Shown one piece after another: positions 10,910 through 23,346 of a stretch of 32,000 bases of DNA. The DNA comes from Mesoplasma florum L1 (GTDB taxonomy: Bacteria; Bacillota_I; Bacilli_A; Mycoplasmatales; Mycoplasmataceae). The notes under the pieces were generated by a model, which worked only from the letters and a program-made list of their open reading frames with translations, made no database searches and had not been told where the DNA came from. The stretch spans positions 150,001 through 182,000 of the forward strand of contig NC_006055.1 in NCBI RefSeq assembly GCF_000008305.1. The letters run 5' to 3'. Each line of letters starts with the position of its first letter. Position 1 is the first letter of the stretch. The translations under genes and the position numbers were made by a program.

Positions 10910-11863
10910 ATGAAACAATTTAATAAACCAGAATTCGGAATTGTAAAAGAATCACCAAATAAATTTTACGGTAAGTTTGAAGCAGCTCCTCTTGAAAGAG
11001 GATTTGCTGTAACTTTAGGTAATGCATTAAGAAGAACATTATTATCATCAACACCGGGAGCAAGTGTTTTCGCAATTAAAATTGCAGGAGCACAACACGA
11101 ATTTACTTCAATCTCAGGTATTGAAGAAAATGTAACTCGTATAGTTCTTAACGTTAAAAAATTAATTTTAAGAATTGATAGCGCGATTTACAATGACGAC
11201 GAAACTGTTGAACTAAAAGTAGGTACATCTACAATTGGTCCGGTTACTGCAGGAAGTTTAGTTTTACCAGCAGGAGTAGAGGTTTTAAATAAAGACCTAG
11301 TTATTGCAAACGTTGCTGAAGGTGGTAATTTAGATTTAGTATTATATGCTAAAAACTCAAGAGGTTACAAAACTTTCAAAGAAAATAAAGAATTAAAAGA
11401 TGTAGTACCAGGAATGATTACAATCGATTCAAACTACTCACCAATTATCAAAGTTGCTTATGGATCAACTCCAATCAACTTAGGTAAAGCGCAAGATTTT
11501 GAAAAATTAATCTTAGAAGTAGAAACAGATGGATCAATCTTAGCATCAGATGCTGTTTCATTAGCATCAAAAATTCTAATTTCACACTTTGATGTATTCA
11601 CTACTTTAGCTGAAGAAGTAGAAGAAGTTGCAATTATGGGTGTTGAAACTGTTGAAGAAAAAGAGTTAGACAAACCTGTTGAAGAATTAGAGTTTACTCA
11701 AAGAAGTTTAAACTGCTTAAAACGTGCTGGAATCAGTACATTAAGAGAATTAGTTTCTAAAACTGAAGATGAAATTCAAGATATTAGAAACTTAGGACGT
11801 AAGTCATTAAAAGAAATTAAAGATAAAGTTGCGGCTTTAGAATTAACATTCAAACAAAATTAA
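10910..11863 (+). CDS. rpoA: DNA-directed RNA polymerase subunit alpha
   Basis: 317 aa, FAVTLGNALRRTLLSSTPG; C-terminal LNCLKRAGISTLRELVSKTEDEIQDIRNLGRKSLKEIKDK. Confidence 0.98.
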   Translation: MKQFNKPEFGIVKESPNKFYGKFEAAPLERGFAVTLGNALRRTLLSSTPGASVFAIKIAGAQHEFTSISGIEENVTRIVLNVKKLILRIDSAIYNDDETVELKVGTSTIGPVTAGSLVLPAGVEVLNKDLVIANVAEGGNLDLVLYAKNSRGYKTFKENKELKDVVPGMITIDSNYSPIIKVAYGSTPINLGKAQDFEKLILEVETDGSILASDAVSLASKILISHFDVFTTLAEEVEEVAIMGVETVEEKELDKPVEELEFTQRSLNCLKRAGISTLRELVSKTEDEIQDIRNLGRKSLKEIKDKVAALELTFKQN

Positions 11864-11883
11864 GATTATAAGGAGGTAAATAT

Positions 11884-12243
11884 ATGTCATATATTCAAAA
11901 ACAAGGTAAGAATACTGCATGAAGAGTAGCTTTAATGCGTAACTTAACTAGTGAATTAATTGTTTCAGAACGTTTAGAAATTACTGAAACAAGAGCTAAA
12001 GAATTAAGAAAACATTTAGATAAAATGGTTACTTTAGCAAAGCGTGGCGATTTACACGCTAGACGTCAAGCTGCTTCATGATTAAGAAACATTGAAGCAA
12101 GTTCAAAAGAAGATGTTTTACAAAAATTATTTACAACTATCGCTAAAAAATATAAAGATAGAGACGGTGGTTACACACGTATCTTAAAATTAGATAACCG
12201 TAAAGGTGATAATGCACCAATGGTAATTATTGAATTAGTTTAG
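11884..12243 (+). CDS. rplQ: 50S ribosomal protein L17
   Basis: 119 aa table-4 ORF: [63 protein letters not shown]...YTRILKL. Confidence 0.96.
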
Positions 12244-12247
12244 TAAT

Positions 12248-12283
12248 AAAAAAATTAAGGTTAATATGCCTTATTTTTTTTAT
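12248..12283 (+). terminator. Probable intrinsic terminator after rplQ
   Basis: AAAAAAATTAAGG-TTAATATG-CCTTATTTTTTTT imperfect hairpin followed by T-run. Confidence 0.65.
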
Positions 12284-12344
12284 CTATTTTATCTATTTTA
12301 ATTTATAATTATTATAAACAAATTTTAAACAGGGGGATATCACC

Positions 12345-13565
12345 ATGGATTCATTGAAAAAATTCAAAACTACAAAATTGACTAGTCAAGATCTTAATGA
12401 CTTTAAGATTAAATTGCATGCCAAGTATATTGAAATGTTAGAAGCTAATAATAATTTCTTTAAATTTAAAGAAGCTGAAAAGCAAGGCAAAATTTCAAAG
12501 GAAGAATTAGTTGAATATAAAAACAAATCAATAAAAGCAAAGAAAGCTTTTAAAGCAATTTGCCAAGATAAGTCTTTTTCAGAAAATTTAAAGAACATTA
12601 CAAAAATTTATAACTCAACAACAAGAAAAAATAGTTCTGTTATTTTAGAACAAGCTAAAGAAGAATTAATTGAAGCTAAAAACTTAAAAAGAGAAGCCAG
12701 AGATTCTGTTAAAGATCATGGTAGAGGTGCTCAATTAACTAAACTTGATAAGGTTGCAATTAAAGTGGAAAACTTAAAATTTAAATATGCTCCTGATTTT
12801 CCTTATGCTTTAAATGACGTTAGTTTTGAAATTAATGATGGTGAATATGTTGCTGTTATTGGACACAATGGAAGTGGTAAGTCAACTCTTTCAAAAATGC
12901 TTATAGGTGTGCTTTCTGCTCAAGAAGGACACGTAAGTATATATGGTAATGTAGTTACTCAAGATAATTTAGATCAAGCACGTAAATTTTTAGGTATTGT
13001 TTTCCAAAACCCTGATAATCAATTTATAGGTTCTAGTGTAGAAGCTGATATTGCATTTGGATTAGAAAATAAACGTGTTAATCCAAAAGAAATGCAAAAA
13101 ATAATTTATGATTCAGCTAAAAAAGTTGGAATGGAAAATTTCTTAGATAAAGAACCATTAAACTTATCTGGTGGTCAAAAACAACGTGTGGCTATTGCTA
13201 GTGCGCTTGCTCTAAATCCAGATATATTAATTTTTGATGAAGCAACAAGTATGCTTGATCCAAAAGGAAATAGAGAAATTAAAGAAATAATGGTTGAACT
13301 TAGAGATAAAATGAAAAAAACAATTATTTCTATTACTCACGACATGGATGAAATTCTTAACGCAGATAAAGTTATAGTTATGAATGGTGGTCGTATGGTT
13401 AAAATTGGTAAACCAGAAGAAGTTCTTAAAGAAAAAGAATTTTTAAGATCAATTAAATTAGAAATACCATTTTTATCTTTAGTTGAAGAAGCCTTAGGCA
13501 ATGAAGGAATTAAAGTAAAACATAGTCAAAATATGGATGAGTTGGTGAAACAGTTATGCAAATAA
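12345..13565 (+). CDS. ecfA1: Energy-coupling factor transporter ATPase EcfA1 with ~130-aa N-terminal extension
   Basis: Walker [20 protein letters not shown] signature [15 protein letters not shown], Walker [14 protein letters not shown]; the ABC domain begins around residue 140. Confidence 0.93.
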
Positions 13566-14503
13566 ATAAAAAAGAAATCAAACAAAATCTAAAAAAATGA
13601 AATGAAGAAAAAAAATCTATTAAATCATTTTCATTTACTGGTGATATTATTTTAGATAATGTAAGCTATACATATTCAAAAAAGACTCCTTTTGAATTTA
13701 GAGCACTTGATAATGCAGATTTAACAATCTCTGATAAAAAGATAACTTGTGTTATTGGTACAACTGGTTCTGGGAAATCAACAATGATTCAATTAACTAA
13801 TGGATTATTAATTTCTGAAACAGGTCAAACAATTGTTGGAGATTATAAAATCCCAGCAGGGCTTAAAAAAATTAAGGAAGTTAAAGATTTAAGAAGAGAA
13901 GTTGGACTTGTATTTCAATTTCCAGAATATCAATTATTCCAAGATACAATTGAAAAAGATATAGCTTTTGGTCCTATTCATTTAGGTGCTGACAAAGAAG
14001 AAGTTTATAAAAAAATACCTGAACTATTAGATTTAGTTTCTTTACCAAGAGAATATGCTAAAAGATCACCTTTTGAATTATCAGGTGGACAAAAAAGAAG
14101 AACTGCTATTGCCGGAATTATTGCAATGGATGGTAAAACATTAGTTCTTGATGAACCAACAGGTGGATTAGACCCAAAAGGTGAAGAAGACTTCATGAAC
14201 TTATTTTTAAGATTAAATAAAAATCAAGGAAAAAGAATTATTATGGTTACTCATAATATGGATCAAGTTTTAAAAGTTGCTGACGAAGTAATAGTTATGC
14301 ATGAAGGAAAAGTTATTTCAAAAGGGTCACCATTTGAAATATTCTCTAACCAAGAATTATTATCAAAAATACAAATTGAACCACCAAAATTATACAAACT
14401 TATGTATAAACTAAAAGAAAAAGGAACAGATTTATTAAATAAAAATATTAGAACAATTGATGAATTTGCAAAAGCATTTAAAGAAGTAAGAAAGGGGAAA
14501 TAA
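13556..14503 (+). CDS. ecfA2: Energy-coupling factor transporter ATPase EcfA2
   Basis: 315 aa table-4 ORF from [20 protein letters not shown]; Walker [17 protein letters not shown], signature [24 protein letters not shown]. Overlaps ecfA1 by 10 nt. Confidence 0.94.
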
Positions 14504-14504
14504 T

Positions 14505-15503
14505 ATGAGAGTAACATTCGGTAGATATTTACCAAAAAATTCTATTATTCATGCAATGGATCCTAGATTTAAATTAGTAATGATCATTTTATTGATGGTA
14601 AGTATTTTCTTACCTATTGGTTTTACAGGTTACATTATATGTGCAGTTGTTATACTTACAATTTTTGCACTGTCTAAACTAAGCTTTAGAATGTTACTTG
14701 GATTATTACCACCTGTATTATTTGTCTTCTTTGTAATATTTTTAATGAATGCTTTTCTAACACACCCAGATTCAAGTATTTTAGAATATTTTTTAGCTAA
14801 GAATAATCAAGTTAGTGGAGTATGAGCAAACAAAATTTCTGGTGGAGCTGTTACTGGACAATTTTTAGTTAGTTCAAGCAATTTATCATCAATGCCTGAT
14901 GGATATCAAAATATAGGTTTATTTTATAAAATAGGACCTGTTTGATTCAGTGAGAAAGCTTTATATAATGCATTAATAATGACATTTAGAATTTATTTAA
15001 TGATTTCATTAACTTGTATACTTACAGCATCCACTTCACCATTACAATTAACATTGGCAATAGAAGATTTATTATACCCATTAAAATGAATTGGAATACC
15101 AGTTTACATTTTATCAATGATTATTTCTATTGCATTACGTATGATACCTACTTTAATTGATGAAGCAGGAAGAATTATGAAAGCTCAATCTTCAAGAGGA
15201 ATTGATGTTAAGAATGGTAAATTAAAAGATAAAGTTAAGGGTTTAACATCATTGATTATTCCGTTATTAGTATCAGCGTTCCAAAAAGCAGAAGACTTAT
15301 CTTATGCAATGGAAGCAAGAGGATATGATCCTTATTCAAAAAGAACAAGATACATACAATTTAAATTTAGAGCAATGGATTTAGTTCTATTATTATTTGC
15401 TTTTGCATTAATGTTATTTTTAATTCTGTATTCAGTTAATGTTTTAGGATTATGACACATTAGTTTCCCAAGACTTGACACAATTATTGGAATTAGAAAT
15501 TAA
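14505..15503 (+). CDS. ecfT: Energy-coupling factor transporter transmembrane protein EcfT
   Basis: 332 aa table-4 ORF; MRVTFGRYLPKNSIIHAMDPRFKLVMI; C-terminal AQSSRGIDVKNG and AMEARGYDP coupling motifs. Confidence 0.94.
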
Positions 15504-15512
15504 AATATAATA

Positions 15513-16268
15513 ATGTTTAAATTTTTAATAACTTTAGAATATGATGGTTCAGATTTTCATGGATGAATAGAACAGCCAAAAACTTCTACAATTCAAGGAG
15601 AACTTAATAAAGCTATTAATAGGGTAACTAAAAATGCAGTTTTTAAAACAATAGGAGCTAGTAAAACTGATACAGGAGTACATGCGATTGACCAAAAAGT
15701 TTTATTAGATTTAGGTTTTAATCCAAAACTTGATTTATTTAAAAAAGCAATAAATAAGGCTTTACCTGAAACTATTAAAGTTCGTTCAATAGAAGAAGTT
15801 AAACAAGACTTCAATATAAGAGATGTTTTGTATAAAGAATATTCTTATACTATAAATGATAAGGAATATAATATACTATCAAATAGGTTTGAACTTAATT
15901 GAGATTTTGAAGAAATAGATATTGATAAGCTACAAAATATATTTAATTTATTTATTGGTGAACATGAATTTAAATTATTTTCTGGATTAAATCATAAAGA
16001 GTTAGACAGTAACAAAATTACAACAATTAGAGAAATTGAATCTATTGATGTAAAAAGAGCACTTGATAAAGTTGTTATAACTTTTAAAGCCAAGGGATTT
16101 ATTAGATATCAAATAAGAATGATTGTGCAGTCAGCCCTTAATTGTTATTTAAATAAAAAAATAAGTGCAGATGAAATAAAAGAAAAACTACAAGGGAAGG
16201 GTAACAAACCGCCTTTCAATGCTCCTGCAAAGGGACTTAAATTAAACAAAATAGTTTTTAAATCATAA
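15513..16268 (+). CDS. truA: tRNA pseudouridine(38-40) synthase TruA
   Basis: 251 aa table-4 ORF: MFKFLITLEYDGSDFHGWIEQPKTSTIQGELNKAI...GASKTDTGVHAIDQKV...GFIRYQIRMIVQSAL. Confidence 0.95.
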
Positions 16269-16289
16269 AATAGTGTATTATTATGTTAA

Positions 16290-16438
16290 GGGTGTTGTTA
16301 AAACAATATCACATAAGTAATGCACTGATAAAATAATCGTATGTTTTTGAATAAGCTTAGGCAAAGAAGGAAAACGATTTATTTATGAGTTCATCACAAC
16401 CGCACCCTCTAAAAAAGACACAATTGTGTCTTTTTTTT
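16290..16438 (+). ncRNA. Candidate structured small RNA, family not identified
   Basis: Non-coding gap. 5' GGGUG+UUGU can pair with 3' ACAA-CCG-CACCC to close ~120 nt; internal AAUAAUCGU/ACGAUUUAUU pairing; ends in a perfect terminator; -10-like TATTAT at 16276..16281. Confidence 0.65.
16411..16438 (+). terminator. Strong intrinsic terminator
   Basis: AAAAAAGACACAATTGTGTCTTTTTTTT, perfect 26-bp palindrome plus T-run. Confidence 0.9.
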
Positions 16439-16445
16439 CATTAAT

Positions 16446-16474
16446 TTGATAAAATTATATAAATACATTTTAAT
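16446..16474 (+). promoter_or_regulatory. Candidate promoter for the permease/MOLPALP transcription unit
   Basis: TTGATA -17 bp- TTTAAT, between the RNA terminator and ATG 16496. Confidence 0.4.
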
Positions 16475-16495
16475 TCTAAAGGGAAGGTATTAATT

Positions 16496-19400
16496 ATGCA
16501 TTTTAAAAAAATTTATTTGATGTTAAAAAACTCATTTAAAAATGCGACTAAAAGTAAAACACAATTAATAGGTGTTACTGTTTTAGCTTTTTTACTGTCT
16601 TTAGTTTTAACATTAGTTGTTTCAATGAACGTTCGTGTTATTGAAAAATATAAAGAAATGAATGAAAATTCAAGAGTTCATGATGCTGTTATTGATTTAA
16701 ACCCTTATGATAAAGTAGCAACTGGGGAAAGTGAAGAAACTGAAGAAGCACCAAAGAACCTTGTTGCAGCTCAACAATACTGAATATATAAATTACAAGA
16801 GAAATATTTTGAAGAATCAAGTGACTTACAATTTGAGTGATCTAGAACAGAAGCTAGAGAATTTTCTCAAGTAAAACAAAATGGTAATGACTTAACAATT
16901 AAAGCAATTACTAAAACTTCTCAAGAAAATAATTTTAGTAACCAAGAAGTAGATAAATTAGTTATTTTTGAAGGTGAAGACATACAAACTCATCACCAAG
17001 TTGTAATTGATCCAAACTATGCAAAAAATAATGGTATTAAATTAGGCGATGTTATTAGAATACAAGCTGATAACTTAGGAAATTCTTTATTAGTTAGAGA
17101 TTCTGACAATAAACAAGTAGCTAGTGATATAAAAGAAATTGAAGCTACAGGAACTGAAATTGATGCAATTGATGGTAAATATAATATTTACTATTCAAAC
17201 TATCAGTGATTTCAAGTTGTAGGATTTGGTAGTTCAGCTGATTTTATGTCGCCAATCTTTAATGCGTCAACTACATTACCAAGCCGTAACAAAGAAGTAA
17301 TGATTTATGTTAACCCAACAGCATTTGGATTAAAGTACAATCAAGAATCAAATTTATATGAATATAACCTAAACCAAAATGGTAATTTAACAGTTTCTTC
17401 AAATGTAGAAATTGAATCGTTTTATTCAATTAAATTTAAAGACGCTAAAAAAGCTAAAAGTACAGGTTTAGAACAATTTGAAAGTGACTTGAAAGAATTA
17501 ATTAGAAGAAATTCAAATAATAAAATAGTTTATGGAAAAGAAGATTCAAGCTACAGATTTAGTAAAAGAATTCTTTTAATTCAAAAAACTATTCGAACTT
17601 ATAATATAGCAGCCTTTGTAATATTTATTTTAATTTTATTTGTATGTTTATATACAATATCACTTGTTACAAAAAAACAAATTGAAAAAGCCTCAAAACA
17701 ATTAGGTACATTAAAAGCATTAGGATATAGAAAACGTATACTTGTTTATAATTTTGTTATGTTACCTGTAATTGCCTCAACAATTGGTGGATTATTGGGA
17801 TATATTGTTTCAATAAGCGTTTCAAATACTCTAACTAATGAATTTGCCAGTTATTTCTCACTTAATTATTCAAAATTTGATTTTGATTGAATTACATTAG
17901 TATTAATGATTGGAGTTATGTGATTTATTTTATCAGCGATATCATTTGTCATAGCTACAATGTTAATGCGTAAATCATCATTAAGCTTAATTACTGCAAC
18001 TTTTAATCAAAAAGCTAGTGCATTTAAAGCTAAATTAAGAAGTATTCATTTTAGAAAATCATTTGGTTCAAAATTAAGAAAAGCTTTATTAGTAGATGCT
18101 TTTGGAAAAATGATGGCAATTGGTTTTGTAGTATTACTTTCATCAATGTTATTTACAGTTTCGTTTGCTGCTCCAGATATTTTAAAAAGAAATGAAAAAG
18201 CAACTTATACTGGTGTTAAATATAAACAAATAGTTGAATATGCTCAGCCAAGTTATAATAACCCCCTAACCTTCGCTAAAACATTTAACCCTTCAACTAA
18301 ACAAGATGAAATGGTTTACTCAAAAACAGCTGGTGGATGAACAAGTTTAGCTTTAAGAGACAATGGTGATTTTGATTATGATCAAATCATGACTGATTAC
18401 TTTAATAATGAAATAAGTGAGAAATACTATTCAATTTTTATTCAAAACTTATTTACTGCATCAAGTGATGATGAATATGCAATTCCAAACCTTATTGAAT
18501 TATCATTAGCAAATATGAAACTTTTAAATTTAGAAGGTTCAATATTTGATAGTAACTACTTCAGACAATTATCTAAATATGGTGTGCCTGCCGCAAGTAA
18601 TTCAGATATATTAGGAAAAATGATTTCCCCTATCATTTTAAAACAATGATTTGATTACCAAAATTTATTTAGTGAAATTAATTCAGCAAAAACAATGTAT
18701 GAAGCAGGAGCTGCGATGCAAACTTTCTATGCTAAATATTCTGAATCAATTGGTTTATCTATAAGCAATGATTTTAGAAGTGATTATGGTACTAAAAAAA
18801 TAAGCGATGAAGAATGAATTAAAATGAGTGAACATTCTAAAATAAATGTATTTAATTCATCAAATGGTAACTTAGCAAATATGTATCTATTAAATAATGA
18901 GGATATGTTAAAAACATTATTAAAAGCTGAAACAGGTAAAATTGAATATGAAAATCAAACAAATCAAAACAATAAATTTAAATTAACTAATTCAAATTAC
19001 ACAGGAATAGGTTCATTTAGAATTGCATCAGAACACAATACTGAAGAATCAACTAATGATTATTATTTAGGTCTAAACTTCGATAAAATGGCTGAAGAAA
19101 ATGATAAAGATAAAGCAATAGAAGCTATCACAGATATGTGAGAATGATTTACATTCTTATTCAATAATCGTGTTGATCAAGCAATTATTCAATCAGCTTT
19201 CTCAAGACCTCCGTATTCTGTTAAACAAACATTGATTAATGCATTTAAATCAAATGATAAAAATTACTCAATGGCTTTCAACTTAGTTTCATATGATCCT
19301 AGTCAAGAAGCTTTAGGAACAAAAATCCAAGCTGAAAAAGATGGTAAAAACTTTAAAATTTATGGAATCGATAATGATGATAGATTTTTAGATTTAAGAG

Positions 19401-20785
19401 ATTCTAACAATAATAATTTAATGGAAGAATTATTTAATTTTAAAGAAACAAATGGAATCGTTATTAATGAAACACTAGCTAAAACTTTAAATCTTAAAGA
19501 AGGTCAAGAAGTAGATTTCAATGTTATTCAAAACGAATTACAAGATGCATCAAAAGGTGAAATAGTTCCTTATAAATTAAATGATTGAGATACAAGCAGT
19601 TTATGAAACGGAACTGATGGATTTAAACAAAATTCAAGAACAAACAATTTAGGTTCAAATATATTAGTAACAAGACCTGATTTAGACGATAAAAATGCAA
19701 TTAACTTTATGACAAGCATTTCTAAACCAACTGAATATTACAATTCTGTATTAAACGGTGACACAATCATTGCTGATAAAACAACAAATACAAAATTTAA
19801 AATTGTTGGAATTCATGAAGGATATGGATCAGCTCAAGCATGAATAAAAAATGATGATGCAAAATCTATTCTTAAATATGATGAAGTTGAAAACTACTTG
19901 TGAAAAAATTTCTTTGCAAAACAATGAAATACACAGTTTGGATATTCAACACTTGATCAATTCAACAATAAAATAATTATTGAAGATAAAGATCAAGAAG
20001 AGTTAAAAATTTACAATAAAATTAAAGGTTTAGATTTAACAAAGAATGGTCTAGATGATTTAGATTTATTTAAAAACAAATTTATTGAACATCCACAAAA
20101 TAATGATGAAAAAGCGTTAGGTGAATTGATTCTTAAAATATTTGAAAATCAATATCCAGTTTTCAATTATAAGTATTCTAACAAAACTGATGTTGCTGAT
20201 TACAATACAGTTATGAGTGTTTCAACAGCATTTGGAGACTATTCTCCAACAGCGCTAAATGGAATGGAAGCTAAATTCAGTGCTACTCACGCAGCATTTG
20301 ATGGTAGTGGTATTGGAACTGTAGAATGAATATTACCTATTGATTTATCAAAAGATATGTTAGAAGAAATATCACAATTGATTTTATTATTAATTGCAAT
20401 AGCCATTGTCTTAATACTATCGTTAACATTTGTAATTATTTTACTAACAACATCAATTATTATTACTGACAACATAAGGTTTATTTCAACAATGAGGGTC
20501 TTAGGATATCATGATGCTTATGTTGTTAAAACAGTAATGGGAATGTATCTAATTGTTATATCAACAATGTTTGCTGTGGGATTTGCAGCAGGATGATTCA
20601 TTTTTGCAAAAGCTGTAAACATTATGTTATTAAGCGGAGTTGTTTTACCAATAGCATTCCCTATATGATTACCAATTGTAGTTTTCTTAGGAATTGTTGG
20701 TATTTATGCAATAGCAATTTTCGCAGGTTACAAACGAATAACAAAAACTAACTCTGTGCAAATTTTACAAAATGCAGACCTCTAA
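16496..20785 (+). CDS. Giant FtsX/MacB-like ABC transporter permease (1429 aa)
   Basis: All track ORFs 16496, 17246, 17960, 18389, 18824, 19232, 20126, 20357 share one frame under table 4. N-terminal TM; two FtsX-like TM blocks with TLKALGYRKR and TMRVLGYHDA; large extracellular regions between. Confidence 0.88.
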
Positions 20786-20805
20786 TTAGAAAGGGTATTT
20801 AAATT

Positions 20806-23346
20806 ATGAAAAAAATATTATTAAGTTTAAGTGCTCTAACTATTGGAGCAACTCCGGCTGTATCATTATTGAATGTTGGTCAAAAACAAGTAATAACTCA
20901 AGTAACTTCAGAAATTCAAAAGAAAATCGATGAGACTTCTGTTTTATTTAAAGCACCAATTATAACTAATGCTCAAAAACAAAATTCAGATGTCACAACA
21001 AATTGATTAAATGATCAAAAAGTAAGTGACATTAGCAATATTAATAGTGCTTTAAGTTATGCAAATTTTAACGCTGAGAAATATGATATGAAATCAGTTG
21101 AAAAAACTTTAAATAAAATTTATAAAGACAAAGATTATAAATATAAAAATGAAGATGCAACATCAGAACTTATATTTGGCGCAGCTGATAAAGGTGTAAG
21201 CTTATTAGAAAATTCAATTGATGATGATGGATTAAAGGCTGAAGGCGTTAACGAATTATTGAATTGAATTTCATATGTTTCTTTTGGAACAGGTTTAGTG
21301 GGTGCGGTTAATGCTAAAAGTATAGATAAAAGTATTTTAAATTTAAATAAAAATATTGAATGAATAGCAGCTTTTAAAAATACTCCTATACCAACATTAA
21401 GTAAATTAAATAATGAATATGATGTCTATACATTCCAAGATTTGCAAGACTTTATAATAATAAGTATAGGAAACTTGCTTTCTGAAGCTAGCGGATTTGA
21501 AGGAGATAGTTTTGCTCAATCTACAGGATGAGGGGGTAGAACAAAATGAAATAACATAGTCAAAAAAGAACTTGATTTAGATACTATGAAAAAAGTTGCA
21601 ATACCACAAAAAAATAAAAATAGCTCAAATGTTCCAAAAGGTCAAACAAGCTGAGATACAACAACAAATGGAAACAATAGAGAATTTTCAATATATGATG
21701 AAAGAAGCATTGTACAACAAGAAACTGATTTTATTCAATCAATAGTAAAACACATAATTAACAGTGGCAACGGATTAAAAATAGAAATGAATTCAAAGAA
21801 TCTTCAATCAATTGTTAATATTGTTTATTCTATTTCTTGATATATTAGTTCATATGATAAATATTCTGTTTATGTTATGCCAAGTGATGATAATTACTTA
21901 TTTTCAGAAACAAAATCAAATATGACAATTTTTAATGAACAAAGAACAAAAACTATTGAGAAAACAGATTTATCAAATAGTTTAAGTGGAATTTTGAGTT
22001 TATTCAAAAGTGTATTTATAAGTAAAGATAGAATGACATCTAATAGAGGTTTAAAAATTTTATTCCAAAATGGTGATAAAACAACAAATAATTGAGGATC
22101 TGAGTTATCTATATTTTTAAGTTTTATAGGTGGAACATGAACAAGAAATAATTTTAATAATGGTTTAAATGCTTTATTAATTGGAGCAATGGCTGGTGTA
22201 ACTAATTCTAAATTACTTGATAATGTTAAAAGTATTGATACTATTTTAACTTTAGTTGGTCTTAACAGAAATTCATTAGGTTATGTTATTGGAAATATTT
22301 TAAATGCAACATTAGCCAATACTAATAGTACAAATGTTTTCTATGGATTAGCAACAAGTACATTAGTGACAATAGTTGGTGGTATAATACCAGACGTTGG
22401 TAAATATTTAGATGAAATTAAAAAAATGGCCAATGACAATGCCTTTGATCATACAATGACAAAATTAGTTTCAACAAAATTAAATGTACTAATGGATTAT
22501 TTAGGTAATGTTATGGATGTATTTTCACCACCAGCTGAAACTGATCCACCTAGAGAACCTTCAACGCTTCCTAATAAATCAATTTTAGAATTTATGAATA
22601 TGGGAGTAATGGGAATAACTGTTGGAAATGTGATATGAAGTGGTTTAAACTTTATTAATACTTCTTTATCTGAAATAATGAAACCATTAGGTCTTCTAGG
22701 AGCTCTATTAAGTGATGACGTATCAAGAAATTATAATTTCTATGTAAAAGATAAAGAAAATAAAGACTCTCTTACAACTTTAGAACTAGAACAATTACTT
22801 GGATATAAACCTGAAGATGTATTTGAGGGAAACACTAAAACATCAGATCTAGCAATTGTTTGATCTATGATGCGCTTTGTTAATACTGAACAAGGAAAAA
22901 ATAAAGTTGTAGGTGTTTCTTTAAAAAATTCAAATGGTACTTCTGAAGAAATAATTTATGGTCATAAAGCATGAAAAATGCTTCTTGGTCTAAACTATGA
23001 TGAAATGAATTATTATGATAATTCATTGTTATATTGAGCAAATGAATTATTAACAAATGGATTAACATCTAAAATAATTCAATGACCTGTAAAAATGACT
23101 AGAAAGTATATTGATTACAATTTGAGCGATATAACTTTTAATAGAAATAAAAAAATGAATTACTGATCAAATAAAGATTTATTCTCAACACAATTTGTAA
23201 GTTATCAAGAAGATTCTAAACAAGAAGTTTTAAATTACAAGATAATGTATAAAGTTAAGAAAGATGTTTATTACACATATAATGTGTCAGTTTATAAAGA
23301 GAATACAAATTCAAAATATAAAATAAATTCATTTAACAGAATATAA
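20806..23346 (+). CDS. Large secreted protein, MOLPALP (mollicute paralogous lipoprotein)-like, 846 aa, without lipobox Cys
   Basis: Signal-like N-terminus MKKILLSLSALTIGATPAVSLLNVG; RBS AGAAAGGG; regions resembling the convergent paralog. Family name is from memory of the family, not a search. Confidence 0.7.

Noticed and set aside
9270-15814. Minus-strand ORFs at 9270, 11458, 12386, 14005, 14263, 15593
   Set aside because: Shadow ORFs opposite map, rpoA, ecfA1, ecfA2, ecfT and truA; low-complexity products.
16290-16410. Assignment of the non-coding element as SRP 4.5S RNA, tmRNA or RNase P RNA
   Set aside because: No GGAAGGNAGCAGC-like SRP loop; far too short for tmRNA or RNase P; no tRNA-like acceptor/TPsiC features.
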